The position numbers and the translations under genes are program-made. A DNA stretch of 64,000 nt, taken from Antedon mediterranea (taxonomy: Eukaryota > Animalia > Echinodermata). The notes beneath the pieces are model-generated. The model saw nothing but the letters and a program-made list of their open reading frames with translations. It ran no database searches and had not been told where the DNA came from. This document shows, piece by piece, positions 24,401-36,765 of the stretch; position 1 is the stretch's first letter, and each line of letters opens with the position of its first letter. The stretch is taken from contig NC_092672.1 of the NCBI RefSeq assembly GCF_964355755.1, positions 20,597,237-20,661,236 of the forward strand, written 5' to 3'.

Positions 24401-27400
24401 GACTCCAATCACTGAACTGGTGATGTAGGCCTAATGAAAACCTTGATCGCACTTGAAATTCATATTCAGCTACCGCTGTCGTAATCTCCTCAATAATGAT
24501 CTGCTTTTTATGCTGTTTTTCAATCTAATAAAAACAATTCGCTTTTAGTCACCTTGTCAATCATTGGGAGCTACATGACCATATTTTCTTTTGAAGCATT
24601 TTGTTACGTTTAAGAATCGTTCAATTTTCTAACGAAACTGTATGATCACGAGCGTCAAATGTTTCAGATGTGTTGTAGAAGATGACTGAATTATTATTGT
24701 CATGTCATCACAGTAGCTTACCACAAAATCAGTGCAAGTATTTTCACTTGCACTGCTGATGGAGGGCAAGTACTACCCGAAAATTTGATTTAGATCTTTG
24801 CTTAATATATTTTTCATCTCCATTTGAGATCTAGCCACTGATACCTACAGTCTTGTCATTTTTTAGTAATTTGCCTTTAGGTTAATAAATAAATTAAAAT
24901 AAATAAATCCTGCATAACGGAATAACAATCTTTTAAAAAGCGTGCTTTATTATTTTGAAGATTTGTTTAATGAAGCCAAACAACGTAATCTTTTTGAAGG
25001 AAGTGAGTCGAAAATATTCTACAAATATGTTGTTACGCAAACGTAATAAATATATATTTATTGCCGATTTTACTACATTCAAATTTAATGAGTTTGTACA
25101 TTCGTAATATACGATAGTTATTCCACAATTTGTTGTCTCCTGATGATACAAATATGACAAAACAAATAGTGAAAATGATTGTAACTTCATACCTCTTCTG
25201 TCCATGTTTCATTTAAACGTCGGTAACGAAGTTGAAACCATAGCGAGTTACAATAATAGCAATCTTCTTGTAATTTCCAGAATACTAAAACGTTTGATTC
25301 CCCCACTAAAACTCTATCAATTAATGGTGACAAAGGTACGGCTGAAAATACAACAAAATGAAACGATTAGATCGTGCGTACAGCCATGAGAGTTACTTCA
25401 GTGAATCTTTAACGATTAGAACGTGCGTACAGCCATGAGAGTTACTTCAGTGAATCTTTAATTTAGATAAGTAACGTCTGCCGTACATCAAAAGACATAA
25501 CAACAGAATCATTGAGACATTCTAAGGTTACCGAACATTATTTCTTTTAGGAGACACAAAAGCAAACCTAACTTTACTAGTGTTTATTCCTCATGCCAAT
25601 TTTCAAACAATTTAGATATTATTTAAGATTAAAAATTATGATTTTCGTTATGTTATACTTCAAAAGCTCATTGAACGAAACCCGTATCCCCGCCGGATAA
25701 ATCACATAAGTCACGTAAAAGGGATTAGACATTTGATCTTCTGTGGTGCTTGTATATTTTTTGAAATAATTCGATGGTAATGATCTATATTTTCCAAACC
25801 TGTGCTAAATATTGGCCTACAGACCTTCATTCTTAGAATCAAATGTGGATGTTGTATTTGCAGTACCAAACATATTTTCAACAACTACTAGTACTAGATG
25901 TGCTCTCATTGGATTACCATCATTTTCCGAAACTTTGCACGTGCTGTCGTTTAGCTTATTAGAACAGTTGATCCACACATTAGAACTGTTTCTAGGGGGA
26001 TTAAAACAATTCATAATTCAATATTAATTGTTAGTAATCAAAATTCTATAAACAGTAATCAGTAATCTGTAATCAATAATCCGTAAATCAATAATCTGTA
26101 ATCGGTAATCTGTAAACAGTAATCAATAATCTGTAATCGGTAATCTGTAATCATTAATCAGTAATAAATAATTGGTATTCATTAATTTGGTAATCAGTAA
26201 TTTGTAATCAGTAATTTCTAATCAATAATCTGTAACCAATAATCTGTAATCAGTAATACTCAATAATATTTAATCAATAATCTGTAATCATTTAGCATAA
26301 TGGTATTATTTTGTTACTTTGTCCTCTTTGCATAATATTTGATTATGCACCTGTAGCTGTTGAATTTAAATAAAAGAGCGATGAACAGACAGACAAATGG
26401 TTGGTGTCACATTACGAGACACTGTGATAAGAGAAGAGTAAGAATGGCAGCCGAGAACCGGCAACATATTGAAGGGAAGACAAAAACGCAGATGGAGGGA
26501 CGACACTATTTCTAATACAGTAAAAAAACTTTGGCTAGGCCAGCAAAGAACAGAAACGAATGGCAAAGGCTTGAGGAGGGCTACATCCGACAGTGTTATG
26601 ATGGAGCCGAGGTAAGGTCATGTATTCTGTATTAGAAATGAAACATTTCTTTAGGTATGATAAGACATTTATTATTTGTGAGAAAAGCAATGATTCTAAT
26701 TATTTGTGTTATTTATCAATAATACAAATGACTTACTGAAATTGAAATGTATAGACAGATTTAACTCCGGTGGATTTCTGTGCCCATGTACACCAATAAT
26801 CAACAATATTTGTCGATTTGCAGTTTAATGTTGGAGACGATGGTACGACTAAAGGATACAAAATATAGTAAGGTATATAACTATCTGTTGTGTGGATTCT
26901 TATTACATGTAAGGAGTGGTTTTCAATAATAACAACTCTTATCTCAGTCTCCAACCACACAATAACAGACGAAAGCAAATGTTTTAAATATATCATTAAT
27001 CTGGAACGGTGCGGCCATACACGCCAAATGCCACATGCACCGCCGCAACATCTCTTTTTTATTAACGGTGATTAATTAGATTCTAGGACTTCATAAAGGT
27101 AACATTCAAGATACACCTCGGACCCGTTCATGATTACCCGTAAGTTCGCTTCATGGATCAATTATCGTTAACTTTGGCGGGATCAAATCATGTTTTCAAA
27201 ACTATGTATGCAATTGACTAACTTACTACCAACTGTTAATGACGATTCAGATTTATTTGTCGTTACTCTTCCATTTTGTTTTTCTACAAGTAAAAAGCAT
27301 TCGATCCAATGTTCATAACCTGTCATGTTTAGGTTTGTTAAGGTAAGAATGGCTTCTGTACTTGAGATTACGGCAGTATTTTTTCCTGAATTAATAGGTA

Positions 27401-27953
27401 CTTCGTCAACTTTCCATTCAATATCCGAGGCATTGTACGATGTTTTTGTTTGATCTAACGTACATGTGAAGTTCAGTGTGGAACCGGCCAACGAATATGG
27501 ATCAACGGGCGTCAGTTTAAGTGCTGCAATAAAATTAAAAAAAGTTTAGGTACGTACAGCATATATTTTTGTCCGCACCCAACAATTACTGTACAACAAG
27601 GAAAATAATGGTAACATTGTAAAGAACAAAACAACGACAGTGAATTAGTGTTAATATTAAAAAAAATGTTTATTAAAGAAAAAAATTGAAAAAAAGAAAG
27701 TCTTTATTTGTTTAACATTATAATGAAGATTTCTTAACGTATCAAGCAAATATTTCTATTTTGAAACATAGGTGTATTATAAGAAGTAAGTTCCATCGTT
27801 TCCTCAGAATTTAATTCTTAAGTTAAATAGTTAAAATAAACAAAATGATGTTGTCTACTTACATGATGTAGCTTTGAAAGCGCAGACAGTGGTCAAAATA
27901 ATCCAAATCTGGAACGTACACAATGAAATGTTTAATGTGTAGAGTTCTGCCAT
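21455..27953 (-). CDS. Class I cytokine receptor (gp130/Domeless-related JAK-STAT receptor), 10 coding exons, 704 aa
   Basis: Exons (- strand, all GT-AG, phases consistent, 2115 nt): 27953-27863 signal peptide (MAELYTLNISLCTFQIWIILTTVCAFKATS); 27523-27227 Ig-like (LNFTC..IEW..IEC); 26848-26737 (LNC..YWCTW); 25991-25825 (WINC..STC..VVVEN.FG); 25341-25193 (VFWK..FQLRYRRLNETW); 24524-24383 (YEFQVRSR..QFSDWSP, a WSXWS variant); 23983-23669 FN3; 23298-23239 stalk; 22847-22717 TM FIIPFLVVGIIILFVMLFFGAFNVYI, then RKR and Box1-like IFIEWPEP; 22105-21455 cytoplasmic tail. Confidence 0.9.
22349..22683. mobile_element. TTAA-targeting MITE (Kolobok-like) in the last receptor intron
   Basis: TIRs aaatgtattgtccc / gggacaatacatat flanked by TTAA on both sides. 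Related copies lie at 52218-52483 and partially at 10790-10970. Confidence 0.7.
26050..26290. repeat. Degenerate 7-bp tandem repeat (taatcag/taatctg/taatcaa)
   Basis: Directly visible periodicity in a receptor intron. Confidence 0.85.
26385..26620 (+). mobile_element. RTE-clade LINE 3' remnant
   Basis: Decayed translation EWQPRTG...GRQKRRWRDD...W.R.AKNRNEWQRLEEGYIRQ matches the typical RTE ORF C-terminus. Confidence 0.7.
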
Positions 27954-28245
27954 TGTCTTTGGAACAATAAAAAGCTAGTGATAATTATACATAAGTATTA
28001 ACGTGATTGGTCGAAATAACATGATCGGAATAATCGGTCTAAATGATAATCGTACAGTATGACGTCATCGAAGTACACAAAATAAAATGAGAGCGTTAAT
28101 TTAGTGTCAAAATCAAAACATTAACTCTAAGTGACTGGAACCATTCTTATTGAAAGGCAAATGTAACCTTTTTTAGGTAATATAACGGATATTGCCTTAT
28201 TTTAAAGATATTTTATAACATTTGAGATCCTCCTTTGGCCTAATA

Positions 28246-28450
28246 TCAAATTCAAATTCAAATATTCTTTATTCATCCTCAATCATGAAAATATACAACA
28301 ACAATATATGAGAACATAAAAAAGATGAAAAGGAAACACATAAAAACTAAAAAAGAGCTTGATTAGTTGTGTCCCCCTATGTCCCTAACTAGCCTAAAAA
28401 ACTAAAACATAAATAATTAAAAAAGCTAAATCCTGCAACAAGTATTGAAA
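28246..28450 (-). mobile_element. LINE 3'-end remnant
   Basis: On the - strand, AATAAA is followed by a (TTTGAA)n tail, preceded by a T-rich UTR-like stretch. Confidence 0.4.
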
Positions 28451-30000
28451 TAATAATAGTCAATACTTTTTCTCACCAGACTATAGTTTCTATAAGCGCT
28501 ACGCGATTCGAGGAAATAGGAATCCCTTCAGAAAAATATGATTTCCTCGAAGGAGGATCTCATATGTTATAACACACCAAGCATGCAATATCTGCATAAT
28601 TTCATAGCTATAGAAAGAGAAACTTCACAAGTAAAAAATATATATATATATATAAATAAAGCATCATTGTATGCCTCTTTAAGGTTAATTAGGTGTTGTT
28701 TTTAGTTGCATATTCTTTGAACTTTCTAATCAATACAATGACAATTTAATGCGAGTGATCACATCACCTTCGTTTCGCTTACGTACTTGCGTTACGTCCA
28801 AGAGGAGAACTTTATTTTCGCTGACGTATTTTAAAATGTATATCCTGTTCATAGGCCTAATGCAATCATGGTAATATGCGAGATTACTTTAACCCAATGT
28901 AAACACACTTCTAATTAAGATGTACATTATTGTAAAAGGCGGCAGTACCATTAGGATAATTGTGTCATTTCCTTATCCGTGTACGTGAAGACCGTCAGCT
29001 TATTATAAATATGAACAAATATATAGTATTTTAACACCTCCTACTGTATGAGTAGTACCGTATCTAGACGTGCCCTGCGTCTTGTTATGATCTAACACAA
29101 TCCACGATTTTTGTATGAAACGCCATGTGTCCCAAATATGTATTATAAAATACACCGACTATGAATTACCATTTCTAATAAATACCACATTTATAAAACC
29201 ACATTTAATTAATTTAATCAAATTGGTATACAGTATCCATATATATTTTGACTATTTACACCTAATGTTTGCACTTTGCTTATAACTATTGCAGATCATG
29301 TACGGAGACATACATAACGAATAAAATAGGCTTAAAACGTACATTCAATAAACAGAGAAGTCTCTATAGGTAACTCCAATAACGCTTTTCAATATATTTC
29401 CGATAGATGTAAGCCGACTGTGTCATTAGCACATGTTATCAAAAGCATCTTTATTCAGAGAAACAACATCAAGATAAACATAATTCAACTTAATTGAATA
29501 GCAGTTAAAACATAAATTGCGAAAGAATGTTTACGAAGTGGTATTGACTTATGTATAGGCCTATATAATAAAAAACATATTAGTCTTTAGAAATCATGTA
29601 TTACTATATAATTATCATAACTTAGTTAATTGTTCAGGTCTAAAATGTAGGGTATAGGACTTACACCTAGGCCTAACTATATTTATAATCTCACTATAGA
29701 GATTTAAATACAACGCCTACTATGTTTCCATTATGTTTGCCTTCCTACTAACCAACACTTTATAAACACAGTAATACTGATAGGCCCTACGTACCGTAGC
29801 ATTAACTCAGTTAATAGCGAGCTTTCGTTTTAGTACGGTAAACGTGCAGTACGGCCGGTTTAACCAACCGTGACCGTACTCATTTACTAGGTTCCCGTCA
29901 TGTCTGTTTCTGTTTCGTTTTGTTCACGGGCGCGACGGGAACATGTGCGCGATGTATCAGGTACCATCATCAGTTGACTCGACTTTCAGCATCTTACAAC

Positions 30001-31409
30001 ATGGCGAACCTACATAGGGTACGAGATGCTCTTGTTGCTGCCTATATATCAGATGTTCTGGACGAGGAAGAATTCATTATGTTGTATAGTATGAATTCCC
30101 CAAGTAATCCTGATTTTCAGTATAAAAGTGATGAATATCAATTCAACTTGGATAAATTCAACGATGATGAATGCAACAGCTATTTCAGGTAAGCCGACCA
30201 TCAGGCTAAATCAGGGTAGCACTTTATTTATCAATTTATAATCTACTACTAGGTAGGGCTAGATAACGTTAAGGCATTATAAAGCTTAAATACATTTAAC
30301 ATTGGTTACTAACAATTATACTTCCATATACCTTGAAGGTATTGCTTTCTTTTATGTATAGCCCTAGTAGGCTACTATACTATCTACAGAAGCTACTATT
30401 TAGTAATAAATGTTGATTAAATATTAAATTAATATATGATGCCCATAACATGTCCAGTATCATGTATGTTATCCATTATGAGATTTAAAATATACTGTGT
30501 ATTATTATTTCCCTTAGATTCCAGAAAAATGATATCTACCGGCTGAAACATGCTTTGGGGGTGCCACCAACTGTAATTCTGGAGAATAAGTCGAAAATTG
30601 ATGGACTTGAGGCTTTGTGCATCACACTCCAAAGGTATGCATATCCTTGTAGATATGGAGATCTTATCAAGGACTATGGACGTTCAGTACCACAGCTTTA
30701 CTTGGCGTTTAAGTGGATGACCAACTACATCTTCGACATCCATAGACATCGGATCTCATCCTTAGATCAGCCATGGTTATCCCCACAACATTTACAGGAA
30801 TTTGCTGAGGCAACACACACAAAGGGTGCTGCTTTGAGGAACTGTTGGGGGTTCGTTGATGGAACCGTAAGGCCAATATGCCGACCAAATCAGCATCAAC
30901 AAGTTATGTATAATGGTCACAAAAGAATCCATGCCATGAAATTCCAGTCAGTGACAGCTCCCAATGGCCTCATAGCTCACCTATATGGACCTGTGGAAGG
31001 GAGGAGACATGATGCATTTCTCCTTCGTGAATCGGGTCTGTTGACAGAGCTTGAGGCCAGATCACATGATCCACAGGGAAATGTATTGTGCGTGTATGGT
31101 GATCCTGCGTACCCATTGCGCCCACAATTGCAAGCACCTTTCCCGACGGTACGGATAACACCAGAACAAGTGGCCTTCAACGCGGCAATGTCCAAAGTCA
31201 GAATTAGCGTTGAATGGCTATTTGGTGACATTGTAAATATATTTAAATTTACAGACTATAAGAAGTCTCAGAAAGTGCAATTGAGTGCATGTGGCAAAAT
31301 GTACATTGTTTCTGGAATACTTACAAATGCACATACATGTGTGTATAAGAACAATACATCTGCCTATTTTGAACTTGAACCGCCATCGCTGGAAGAATAT
31401 TTTCAATGA
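30001..31409 (+). CDS. Harbinger-type DDE transposase (HARBI1/DDE_Tnp_4-like), 359 aa
   Basis: Exons 30001-30188 and 30518-31409 join in frame (SYFRFQKNDIYRL). HTH region LQRYAYPCRYGDL..YGRS; catalytic GFVDGT, VYGDPAY and ISVEW; YNGHKR..KFQ and GRRHD motifs. Confidence 0.93.
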
Positions 31410-32051
31410 ATGTATTTTTTTTCTAAATTATTGTAAATAATTGTGATAGAAGTGATATTGAATTTATTAAAAATTGTATAAATTATAAAGTAAATAACTG
31501 TTTCCATTTAAATTTAAGAAGTTATTCATATAAATATTTTTATTGTAACCATATACATATATACATTCATAAACATCTAACTGTAATACAAGAGAACCTT
31601 TAATAGATTAAAAGAAATAAAATGGTTCCAGTTTAACTGTATATAACATACCAACACTAAAGATACACCTGCAATAGAACAAATATTTAGTGTATTTTTA
31701 AAATGTAAATTATTGTAATTGTGACTAAAGTGATAGCTGAATTACCGGTATTATGTTAAAACGTCGTAAGGTAAATAAATGTTTCTATTTATTGATATTG
31801 AAAAGCATGTATTAATTATATTTTGTTAATGCTCATTCATATAGAAACAAAACTTCTTTGATTTAAACTACATATTCTTTGGCATCAATGGTATTCAAAA
31901 CATTCAAGATAATAATTAATAGATTGAAAGAAACAATGGTATAAGTATATATAAATAAAGGCATGCATTAATAAACACAAATATATATAAAAACAACTAT
32001 AGTAGAAAGTATATTGCACAGATTAGCACAATAAAAAAATATATCAAGGAT

Positions 32052-33825
32052 CTAGTTTTTCTTTTCCATGGACTTAAGAAATGCCATCATCAGTGTTTGC
32101 GTTTGCTGGTTTTGATGTTGCAAGAGTTGCTGTTGTTGAAGTATTTGCTGCTGCATTTGTTGTTGTTGTTGCAGTTGTTGCTGTTGGAAGGCCTCAAATC
32201 GTCTTTCCCTTCCTCTTTCTTCTGCCCTCCTTCGTTCTTCTTCCTCTTTTTTTCTCTCCATCTCCTCCCTTCGAAGTTGCTGATCTATCTCCATTTTTTT
32301 TTGAATGATACCGATTGTGTCATTCCCACTATTCCTTCTTTTTGGTGTGTTACTTTCAACATCAAGCCTAAAAATAAATTTACAAAAATAAGAACTAAAC
32401 TAAGGAAGAGGGGGATAAAAAACACTTTAATCTGCCTCTACATTTTACATAAATTTGGTATTACCTTTTCCGCGTTTCTCCAAATGTTTCACATGCACGT
32501 TTTCTCATTTCTGCACCATCAGCCTTTTTCTTCTCTTCATCTCCTCTTTCCTTTGGTAACATTTCTATATCCTCCTCTTCTTGGATGAATTCTTCAATAC
32601 TTTCCCTTATTTGCTTTTCCTCATCTGTCTCCTCCACTGCAATTCCACTGGCTGCCTTTTCTTTGTTATTTTTTCCTTTCACCTTATCCATCAAATTAGA
32701 TATGCGATCTCGCACTGCCCGCCTGTCAACTTTGTATTCACGGGCCTTCATTGCATCAGCAACAGCCTGCCATGCCTTTCCCCGCTCAGTTGTGCCCTTC
32801 TTGGACTGAAAAGGTCTAGCCAAGATTACTTCTCCTATTAGGATTTGATCCTTTTGGTTGTCCCAGATCATGCTGAAATAAATAATAAAATCACATAATT
32901 TATGATAGTGTTTTTTAATGTAATATTTTTCTCATCAATTCAGTGTAGGAGTTTTTAATCTAATGAAGTAATAAATGAAAATAAATAATATAGCTTGAAT
33001 GAACTATCCACTTTATACAATTAATCATGCTAATATTGATTGACATTGATAACACATTTATTTCAGACTGAAAAAAGCATACTATTATATAATATTATAT
33101 GTTTTGTGCATACAAAAAAAAAGTTTACAATAATAATAATATATTAAAATAAATGTAAAAAAGTGAGCACTATTGAATTATCTAACTAACCGGTTTGTAC
33201 TCTTTTTTGTCTTAATTTCTTCTGCCTGTTTTGAAAAAAAAATAAATAAAAAATCAAGATAAAAATAATAAAATGTACACAAGCTTATCTACATATATCT
33301 TATATTGTATGACAATAAGATAAATACTTTAAGCTACATTGGCAGGGAGTTGTTATAAATCTAATAAAGTAAACAACTCCTTTGTTTTAAGCAAAGCAGG
33401 ATTGAATTGAAGATAATTTGATTAGCTAGTTTTTAATTTTATCAATATTATTGAACTTGTCATTTTCTGTCATCTTTTGAGTAGGGGGTCCTACGTATCT
33501 AGACCTCCTATTTGTGCAAGTTGTGTTTATTTGTAGGACCGTGTAGGGATAGCCTAAATGCCAGCAGCTAGGGTATCGCAGCTAGGCCCTAGGCTAGTTA
33601 GTTCGATTAGGCCACTGGTTTGCCCTCTATTAAACTACTACTAGCCTAGGCTAGCTAGGCCGAATCTCTAAGCCAATTTTTTTATTTTATATTTGGCATC
33701 ACTGATCTAGAGCACTACATTAATGAACATTCATTTAATATGCTATAGCCTAGTCTATGTTTGATTACATAAAGCTAAAATAACGACTGATTAAACTGCT
33801 TTACCTTTGACGATACTGCTTCCAT
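32052..33825 (-). CDS. Transposon accessory Myb/SANT(MADF)-like DNA-binding protein with coiled-coil and poly-Q tail, 259 aa
   Basis: Exons 33825-33805 (MEAVSSK), 33225-33191, 32872-32465 (MIWDNQKDQILIGEV...GKAWQAVADAM...VRDRISNL) and 32367-32052 splice in frame (780 nt). The W..W trihelix pattern is typical of the second PHIS ORF. Confidence 0.85.
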
Positions 33826-34781
33826 CGTGTCCTTCGTATTAAAATACACAGCTGAATGTTCGTTTCAGACAGGACGCTATTTCTTCTCACTACCGTTCTG
33901 AAATTTAGCGCTACGGCGAGTCTTAAATTTCTGCGCATGCGTAGATCACATTTCGGTTCAAATTACCGTACTGAACTACTTCCGTACTAAAACGAAAGCT
34001 CGCTAATTAGGCCTACGCGTCCTCTAATACCATGATCATACTTACTCAAAGAGGTTTGGATACAGCGCCGATTAGTATAGTATCAATCCTCTTAAACTCT
34101 ATATTAATATTATAGTAAAACACTCATATAAATAAAGTAACTCCGAATACTATGTAAAATCTAAGAGGAAATAAGACTCACCAGAGGTATTGAGAGCATG
34201 CACCGACTCTAGGAACAACGTACACCATTAACAATCAATTCACCCATCCATATAATGTTGTCATTCTCTCGATTTAATATTCACTAATCTAAAAAGAACC
34301 AATATAATAAGTCACCGATTCCAGTGTGTGTACAATAACAATAGCAGCATACTAAACACAAATAGAACACAATTACCTTTATGTATGAATAACGTTTGAT
34401 TTAGCACGCCGAGTTTCAGTTCTGAGAAAAGTCGAATAGGATATTTAAAGGATTTCCATAATCTTTAAATATAGCCATGGATTAATGAATGATAACCATG
34501 AATTATTACATATTTAAAATAGATTATGATTATTCCATAACTTACATGATATTAGTAGTATTTAATCAACATAAGGGTAACACTATTAGTAAAACTAACC
34601 GGAACACTTCTACTGCAATAATTAAATATTGTAGGCATACTACGAGAAAATAGATGACGGACTTAAAGGGGTACTCCCTCTTTTCCACACGACCTCACCC
34701 CCACTACCCTGTAATTTTAATCAATTATTCTCATTCTGTTGTAGGCCTACAATTTTCATTTGTTTATACTTCACACATGTT

Positions 34782-34924
34782 TATATAAACTTTGCGGTGC
34801 TGAGGACGATCAAGCATATTGATCGAAACGTCGAGAAACTCAACAGTTCTTTTCAGAACTAATATACGTTGTGTCCCGCAAACTTGATATCAACATTTTG
34901 CCATGCAAACCTTTAAACAGTATA
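34782..34924 (+). mobile_element. 143-bp Penelope-like insert carrying a minimal hammerhead-like motif
   Basis: 12-bp direct repeat ttcacacatgtt on both sides (34770-81, 34925-36); inside is CTGAGGA-c-GATCAA-gcata-TTGATC-GAAA-cgtcg. Confidence 0.6.
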
Positions 34925-36597
34925 TTCACACATGTTATTAAATCTCCATGTTCTTCGTTAAAGGCCTATATTAATATTATTATTATTATTACAATAATTT
35001 TTATACCTATTCCCCCGTTATTAAATGTATACCCTTTGTGAATTTTGTTGATCCGCTACTAAAAACTAAGTTATGGATGAATTTGTATGAAACAAAAATA
35101 TAATTGGAAACTTACATAAAGGTGGGAAAAAGATACCAGATTTTATTTAAAACAACAAAACCTAATGTTTGAAGCCGGTTTTTCACAAAGCGCTAATCAA
35201 AAGCGTCAACCTATACGCATGCATGACTCCATATTCCTCTTTCTGAGAAAAATCTCTATCTTTGAGTTTTTTCGTTTCAGCGAAATGGGTAAGTTTGAAT
35301 TGTTATAATTATTTTTGCAAATGGAATGTAAAACAGTCTTTACTGCTAAAATGGCTGTTAAATGACGAGGAAACAAAATCTTTATTACCAAAGTATGTTC
35401 AGAAAATATTCATCATGACAGCCGAAAATCAAATCATACACACTATTACCTGTGTATTGTTTTTTTTGCAAATATGTTAAAAGCATTAGCAAAAATCAAA
35501 CAAAAATATGTTGGCATGTAGTGATGATATTATGAATATTTAGACATTAAATCACCACCAACCTTATCTTCTTTAAAACAATTATAAGAAATATCTAAAC
35601 ATTATGCTCCTATGGCATTTAGGGCCTATATCTTACTTTTGCTATTGATACTTAACTAAAAATTAGAAAGTATACTTTATGTTATCAACTTATGAAATGT
35701 CTTTTGAAAACCATAAAGCCCCTTCTTTTGGCTTAATTTGAGTACGGTATCCCTCAACAAATTCAAGATAAATTTGAACTAATACAATGTTCACATCTGT
35801 AACCAGGTTTGTATAGGTTTTTCTGGAAAATCTCCCAATATTTCACAGGGGTCCGAGAAAACACACTGACAAGAGGCCTGTTTTTTGTTACGGTTCCCGA
35901 GATTGTTACTGCGCGCGCATGTATTGCCCTGGTATTAAACTGACCAATCATAGTAATCAAAATAGTGAGCGACTATGAATAATAATGTGATTATAAACAT
36001 AGAGAAATTAGTTATTTCTCCATGATAACATAAAATGTTGTGAAGAATAGGTATACAGTTTTATTTACAGAGCACCAACCTATTGGGGGATTGAGCAATA
36101 GCTATCCTCCCCCCAATTCATACTTCCGACCAGCGACGAAACGCATTTTTGGTAATGGAAGCCGAAAACAGTCCTCCCACAAAGTCATCGAACCTATCCT
36201 TTTCTAGACGTAGGTTTAGGCCTAAATTGATAAAAGGAGAAAAAAAATCTTACCAGATATGTTAGGTCTATATCATCAATATAATGCAGGAATAAATAGG
36301 TATATGTGTTTATAGATCAGATCATTGTACTTGGTGCAATGAACTGGATAGAATCAGAAATAAAGGTATAGTAGGACACGCACAATACAATTGTATCATG
36401 GCCAATTCGACGTAACAGGATATAAAGGTATACAAAATCAGCGTGTGGAATTCAGTATCTGAACACCAATATTGCGAAGGAAACGTGGGCGGTTAAAAGT
36501 GCTTGAAATATACCAGGCATTATTGTATAGAAACATTAAAAAAACACGCAAGTTATACATTCGCAACTTGGTGTGTTGTGCGCTACTTTTTAAAATT

Positions 36598-36765
36598 AAG
36601 ACATAGTCCCAGTTTACACTTCATTAGGACATAGTCCCAGTTTACACTTCATTAAGCCATAGTCCCAGTTTACACTTCATTAAGACATAGTCCCAGTTTA
36701 CACTTCATTAAGACATAGTCCCAGTTTACACTTCATTAAGACATAGTCCCAGTTTACATTTCATT
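36598..36765. repeat. 28-bp minisatellite, 6 copies
   Basis: gacatagtcccagtttacacttcattaa repeated in tandem. Confidence 0.95.

Larger units (their letters stand above)
29816..34004 (+). mobile_element. Full-length PHIS (PIF/Harbinger superfamily) transposon, Pangu-like
   Basis: Perfect 23-bp TIRs agcgagctttcgttttagtacgg / ccgtactaaaacgaaagctcgct, 3-bp TSD AAT (29813-15, 34005-07), and two convergent intact genes. Confidence 0.93.

Noticed and set aside
32081-32841. + strand hydrophobic ORFs
   Set aside because: Antisense shadows of the charged/poly-Q Myb-like gene.
27799-35249. STAT (TTCNNNGAA) sites near the receptor 5' end (28507, 28543, 34420, 35241) as a feedback module
   Set aside because: The motif is short and common in AT-rich DNA, two sites are arms of a small inverted repeat, and no clear enrichment is visible.
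35998-36024. Additional CATRG...CYATG mini-palindromes (also 14177-14224 and 34477-34500) as P footprints
   Set aside because: No convincing 7-8-bp TSD.
34170-36300. Possible non-coding 5' exons of the receptor (donor-like sites on the - strand near 34180 and 36254)
   Set aside because: Splice-like words alone are insufficient without transcript data.
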